IMG/VR virus record: IMGVR_UViG_3300020576_004755
Span: 118,850 to 182,849 of that record
Origin: a virus
Taxonomy: Duplodnaviria > Caudoviricetes
Length of the DNA: 64,000 nucleotides
Reading direction: 5' to 3' (one strand)
Shown here in pieces: positions 60,718-64,000 of the stretch; position 1 is the first letter of the stretch, and each line of letters opens with the position of its first letter. The notes beneath the pieces are model-generated. The model ran no database searches. It saw only the letters and a program-made list of their open reading frames with translations, and had not been told where the DNA came from. The position numbers and the translations under genes are program-made.

Positions 60718-60793
60718 GCCTGCTTAGTATAACGGATTATTACCCGGCCCTTGTAACGCTGAAATGTGAGTTCGATTCTCGCAGCAGGCTCCA
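60718..60793 (+). tRNA. tRNA-Thr(TGT)
   Basis: cloverleaf, CCA. Confidence 0.85.
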
Positions 60794-60809
60794 ATTTTTT
60801 AGTAGACAT

Positions 60810-60884
60810 GCTTCTTAGGTGTTATAGGTAGCATCCCTATTTCGTACGTAGGTGGCAACGGTTCGATCCCGTTAAGAAGCTCCA
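60810..60884 (+). tRNA. tRNA-Thr(CGT)
   Basis: CCTAT-TTCGTAC-GTAGG, CCA. Confidence 0.85.
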
Positions 60885-60977
60885 AAAAAGTTTTTGCAAA
60901 AATATCCCGATACGTGGTGAATATCAAGTCTTGCGTCAGTATGAGCTTGAGGGAGAAATGTCGATATTGACACTAAT

Positions 60978-61054
60978 GCCTATATAGCTCAAATGGTAGA
61001 GCACCCGTTTCATAAGCGGGGATAGTCCAAGTTCGAGTCTCGGTATAGGCACCA
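60978..61054 (+). tRNA. tRNA-Met/Ile2(CAT)
   Basis: cloverleaf, ACCA. Confidence 0.85.
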
Positions 61055-61066
61055 ATCTCTTTTTAT

Positions 61067-61098
61067 GCTACAGTAGCTCAACGGTTAGAGCAGGTAGC
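61067..61098 (+). pseudogene. 5' half of disrupted tRNA-Ile
   Basis: GCTACAG acceptor strand + D-arm; pairs with 3' half at 61761-61804. Confidence 0.7.
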
Positions 61099-61105
61099 AG
61101 AATTT

Positions 61106-61180
61106 GCTACCGTCGTATAATGGTTAGTACGATCCCCTGATAAGGGATAAACGAAGTTTCGATTACTTCCGGTAGTACCA
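61106..61180 (+). tRNA. tRNA-Ile(GAT)
   Basis: ATCCC-CTGATAA-GGGAT, ACCA. Confidence 0.85.
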
Positions 61181-61226
61181 ATGAAATATCTCTAGAAGAT
61201 ATGGTTTGATCAACATACTTATAGCT

Positions 61227-61763
61227 ATGGGGTACAAACAACTGAAAGAGTTTCGAAATAAGCGTAAGAATTTGCTAATAGCTGCTTTTGGTGGCAAGTG
61301 TCAAGTGTGTGCTTACAACAAAGCTAGAACAGCTTTAGAGTTTCATCACATAAATCCAAACGAAAAAGAGTTTGGATTCTCTACAACCAAAAATTCTTAC
61401 AATCAAGCGCAAATAATAGCGGAAGCAAAAAAATGTGTTATGGTATGTGCAAACTGCCATAGAGAAATTCATGACGGTCTTTTAGAATGTCCGAAATCTA
61501 GTTTTGATGAAAATATCTTCTTAGATCAAGGACAAAAGATAGTAGACTTTGCATCTTGCAAAAGATGCGGAAAAGAGACAAAGAACAAGAATTTTTGCTC
61601 CTATTCATGTGCAGCATCAAAGATAACTTGGGATGAAGAAAAGCTTCTAGAGCTTTATGATGCCGGAACCTCGTTGTTACAGATCTCAAAACTGTTTAAT
61701 GTTTCTGATGTGGCTGTAGCAAAAAAGCTAAAAAAGCTTGGCGTGTTTAAAAAATCAAAATGA
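61227..61763 (+). CDS. HNH endonuclease with C-terminal Zn finger and HTH
   Basis: GGKCQVCAY..ALEFHH..CVMVCANCHREIH; CKRCG..FCS.SC; HTH. Confidence 0.9.
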   Translation: MGYKQLKEFRNKRKNLLIAAFGGKCQVCAYNKARTALEFHHINPNEKEFGFSTTKNSYNQAQIIAEAKKCVMVCANCHREIHDGLLECPKSSFDENIFLDQGQKIVDFASCKRCGKETKNKNFCSYSCAASKITWDEEKLLELYDAGTSLLQISKLFNVSDVAVAKKLKKLGVFKKSK

Positions 61764-61804
61764 TACGCGGCAGGTTATAGGTTCGATTCCTATTTGTAGT
61801 ACCA
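61761..61804 (+). pseudogene. 3' half of disrupted tRNA-Ile(GAT)
   Basis: TGATAC-GCGGC, T-arm ATAGG-TTCGATT-CCTAT, TTGTAGT-ACCA. Confidence 0.7.
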
Positions 61805-61838
61805 ACTTTGTATTCCATTTTTTGGAAATACTCAATAT

Positions 61839-61914
61839 CAGTCCGACCGCTTGTTGGTAAGCGACTCCATTTGGAGTGGAGACTTTGTGGGTTCGACTCC
61901 CACCGGACTGACCA
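61839..61914 (+). tRNA. tRNA-Pro(TGG)
   Basis: CTCCA-TTTGGAG-TGGAG, ACCA. Confidence 0.85.
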
Positions 61915-62023
61915 ACTTCCCTTCTTGCAAGAAGAAAACTGTAAACTGTCTTGGACGTGACAGTTATGGTTCGCGCGCGAACCATATACAGGGGTAAGAG
62001 TCCTTCCGTCTGCCCAATTTTAT

Positions 62024-62103
62024 GTTGAATGTAGACCAATATTGGTTATGGCTAGTGATTGTGACTCACTATAATGCCGGTTCAATTCCGGTCATTCAAC
62101 CCA
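62024..62103 (+). tRNA. tRNA-His(GTG)
   Basis: G-1:C73, CCA. Confidence 0.9.
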
Positions 62104-62135
62104 AGTTTCTTTTTTCTCTAAACGGGATGGTTAAC

Positions 62136-62442
62136 ATGACAACTTTACACAATGCAAAATCCGTGTGGTTTGATTGGGATAAGGATGATGACGTTGATGT
62201 TGTCATCAACGACCTAAAACCATTCAAACGTAACGTTAAGCCAAAAAGAAGGGAAGCAATTTTTGCACGAGATAATCACTCGTGTTTGAAAATGCGGAAC
62301 TAAAGAAGAACTAACGATCGACCACGTTAAGCCTCTGTCATGGGGCGGGTCAAATGAAATCGACAATTTACAAACTCTTTGCAAGAAATGCAACAATAAA
62401 AAGGGAAACAGTAATTGCGACGATTTCAGGAAAGTCAAATAG
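62136..62442 (+). pseudogene. frameshifted HNH endonuclease
   Basis: [11 protein letters not shown] | [38 protein letters not shown]; extra A in run 62289-62292. Confidence 0.8.
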
Positions 62443-62448
62443 TTTTAT

Positions 62449-62522
62449 TTCGATATCGTCTAACGGCAGGACGCAACGCTCTGAACGTTGTAATCTAGGT
62501 TCGAATCCTAGGATCGAAACCA
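62449..62522 (+). tRNA. tRNA-Gln(CTG)
   Basis: CAACG-CTCTGAA-CGTTG, CCA. Confidence 0.85.
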
Positions 62523-62622
62523 AATATGATATTTTGCTCAAGATACATAGAGCACAAATTGACGAAAATCGATTGTAGCTGCATAGATAGGTAGACCTAT
62601 CCATCGATTTAGTCGAAACAAT

Positions 62623-62698
62623 GGCAATATAACTCAACGGCTAGAGTAGTCCCCTGTCTAGGGAAAGGTTATGGATTCGAATTCCATTATTGCCGCCA
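62623..62698 (+). tRNA. tRNA-Asp(GTC)
   Basis: cloverleaf, GCCA. Confidence 0.85.
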
Positions 62699-62715
62699 AT
62701 TTTAAGTAACAATAT

Positions 62716-62790
62716 GCTAGCTTAGCTCAGCGGTAGAGCAACCTCCTTACAAGTGGAAGGTCACAGGTTCGATCCCTGTAGCTAGTACCA
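62716..62790 (+). tRNA. tRNA-Val(TAC)
   Basis: cloverleaf, ACCA. Confidence 0.9.
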
Positions 62791-62831
62791 ACTATGTACG
62801 GTCCTTTTTTAGGACTTAGTACCAAAATTAC

Positions 62832-62906
62832 GGGATACAAGCTTTAATGGTGAAGCAGTCGGCTCTTAACCGATCGAACACGGATCGTTACCGTGGTGTC
62901 CCACCA
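62832..62906 (+). tRNA. tRNA-Lys(CTT)
   Basis: cloverleaf, ACCA. Confidence 0.85.
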
Positions 62907-62916
62907 ATTTCTTATT

Positions 62917-63042
62917 ACGGAACTAGCTCAATGGTAGAGCAGCGATCTCAAACTCTTTGCAACTTTTTCGTCTCTTTATTGAGAATGCAGCAAGGACTAC
63001 ATCAAAATCGCTGGTTATAGGTTCGATTCCTATGTCTCCGTA
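62917..63042 (+). ncRNA. Trp-like tRNA scaffold with 53-nt structured insert in anticodon loop
   Basis: D-arm, GCGAT/ATCGC stem and T-arm intact; insert about 62949-63001; no encoded CCA. Confidence 0.65.
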
Positions 63043-63052
63043 GTCATTTTAT

Positions 63053-63175
63053 ATGTGCTTAGTGTAGTGGTAACACGCGAAAAATATCTCTTCGCTTTTG
63101 TCTTGAAAAAGAATGCCTTGTTGGGATTACATCTATACGGAAGACGAGACGGTGGTTCGATTCCATCGGCACATG
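63053..63175 (+). ncRNA. tRNA-Arg(ACG) scaffold with 52-nt insert in anticodon stem
   Basis: removing 63080-63131 restores CGTCT-ATACGGA-AGACG; no encoded CCA. Confidence 0.65.
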
Positions 63176-63203
63176 CAATGTTTTAACAAAAAGGACACTA
63201 TCT

Positions 63204-63449
63204 ATGAGTAGAGCTAAATGGCTTTGCCTAGACTGCAAAGTGGATACAGGTAAGATTTACGAACACTATTTCATCAACACAGATACTTGGTTGTCTGTCG
63301 TTGGTTCTAAAAAAGGAATGGTTTGCGTAGGTTGCTTGGAAAAGAGGCTCGGAAGAAAGCTTGTGAGTTCAGACTTTCCAAAAGTAACAATCAATGATCC
63401 AAAGTATGCAAAAAAGATGAGTTTGAGGTTGTTGAGCAGGATTTCATAA
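63204..63449 (+). CDS. small Cys-motif phage protein
   Basis: CLDC...CVGCLEKRLGRKL..DF; AAGGA RBS. Confidence 0.75.
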   Translation: MSRAKWLCLDCKVDTGKIYEHYFINTDTWLSVVGSKKGMVCVGCLEKRLGRKLVSSDFPKVTINDPKYAKKMSLRLLSRIS

Positions 63450-63460
63450 AAAACAAACAT

Positions 63461-63502
63461 ATACCTTTGGTGTAACGGTAGCATTCTAGATTCCAAATCT
63501 GA
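63461..63502 (+). pseudogene. truncated 5' part of tRNA-Trp(CCA)
   Basis: D-arm GTGT-AACGGTA-GCAT and AGA-TTCCAAA-TCT, no T-arm. Confidence 0.55.
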
Positions 63503-63532
63503 ATAATGATTTTGAGTCATATACTTATCTAT

Positions 63533-63955
63533 ATGACTAAAAAATGTGCCTCATGTTCAACGATAAAAAATGTATCTGAGTTTGGAAAAAACGGATTGAA
63601 AAAAGATGGTTTGCAAACCTATTGCAAACCATGTATGAAAAAAGCTAACAACACGCATTATCAAAAATCTAAGAAAAAATACAAAGATAATGCAAGAAAT
63701 TTCAAATTGAAAATAAGAAAATTTCTAGCTGAGTTTAAAACCGGAAAACCCTGCAAAGATTGCAATCAAATCTATCCACATTATGTTATGGACTTTGATC
63801 ACTTATCTGATAAAAAATATGGAATAGCTAAAACCATAGGTTCGAAATCAATAGAAACATTGATGCTTGAAATTGCTAAATGTGAATTAGTTTGTTCGAA
63901 TTGTCATCGGATTAGAACTTGGGATAGAAAAGAACAAACTAAATTAGGTCGCTAG
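63533..63955 (+). CDS. HNH endonuclease
   Basis: CASC..DGLQTYCKPC; CKDC..MDFDH..KCELVCSNCHRIRT. Confidence 0.85.
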   Translation: MTKKCASCSTIKNVSEFGKNGLKKDGLQTYCKPCMKKANNTHYQKSKKKYKDNARNFKLKIRKFLAEFKTGKPCKDCNQIYPHYVMDFDHLSDKKYGIAKTIGSKSIETLMLEIAKCELVCSNCHRIRTWDRKEQTKLGR

Positions 63956-64000
63956 TTTAATGGTAAAATTGTCGATTCCAAATCGATCGGATCAGAGTTC
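63946..64000 (+). tRNA. tRNA-Trp(CCA), cut by window end
   Basis: GTCGA-TTCCAAA-TCGAT, start of T-arm; overlaps HNH stop. Confidence 0.75.

Noticed and set aside
59462-62637. Short ORFs overlapping the tRNA cluster (e.g. 59462-59644, 59824-60009, 61755-62039)
   Set aside because: Spurious translations of tRNA genes
60150-63955. HNH genes inside group I tRNA introns
   Set aside because: No room for a ribozyme core; the ORFs abut the tRNAs or tRNA halves directly
1-64000. Stop-codon reassignment explaining the short ORFs
   Set aside because: Conserved genes are full length in code 11; short ORFs end with TAA, TAG and TGA, and successive genes mostly change frame

Overview
64 kb of a large (jumbo-type) tailed-phage genome in the standard code. 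Left 37.5 kb: a minus-strand region of small ORFans, dominated by about 70 tightly coupled genes in three blocks. Their products are largely unalike except for the N-terminal tag M-[T/A/S/P/G]-I-R (mostly MTIR), which is conserved as peptide rather than DNA. The blocks are preceded by T4-early-like GTTTA(C/T)-N17/18-TANNNT promoters and flank a ClpP-family protease and a cyclic-phosphate receiver-like gene. A repeat-rich divergent intergenic region lies at about 37.5-37.9 kb. Middle: two amidoligase paralogs, a GIY-YIG endonuclease, KTSC proteins, a lytic transglycosylase, a BRCT protein, a sigma70-family factor, a MoxR-like AAA+/VWA pair and a RadA/Sms-like ATPase. Right end: about 20 tRNAs invaded by HNH genes (one cassette splits a tRNA-Ile and supplies a replacement), plus two tRNA scaffolds carrying a shared 52-53 nt insert that resembles a circularly permuted YrlA-type Y-RNA stem. 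All calls are by eye; no searches were run.
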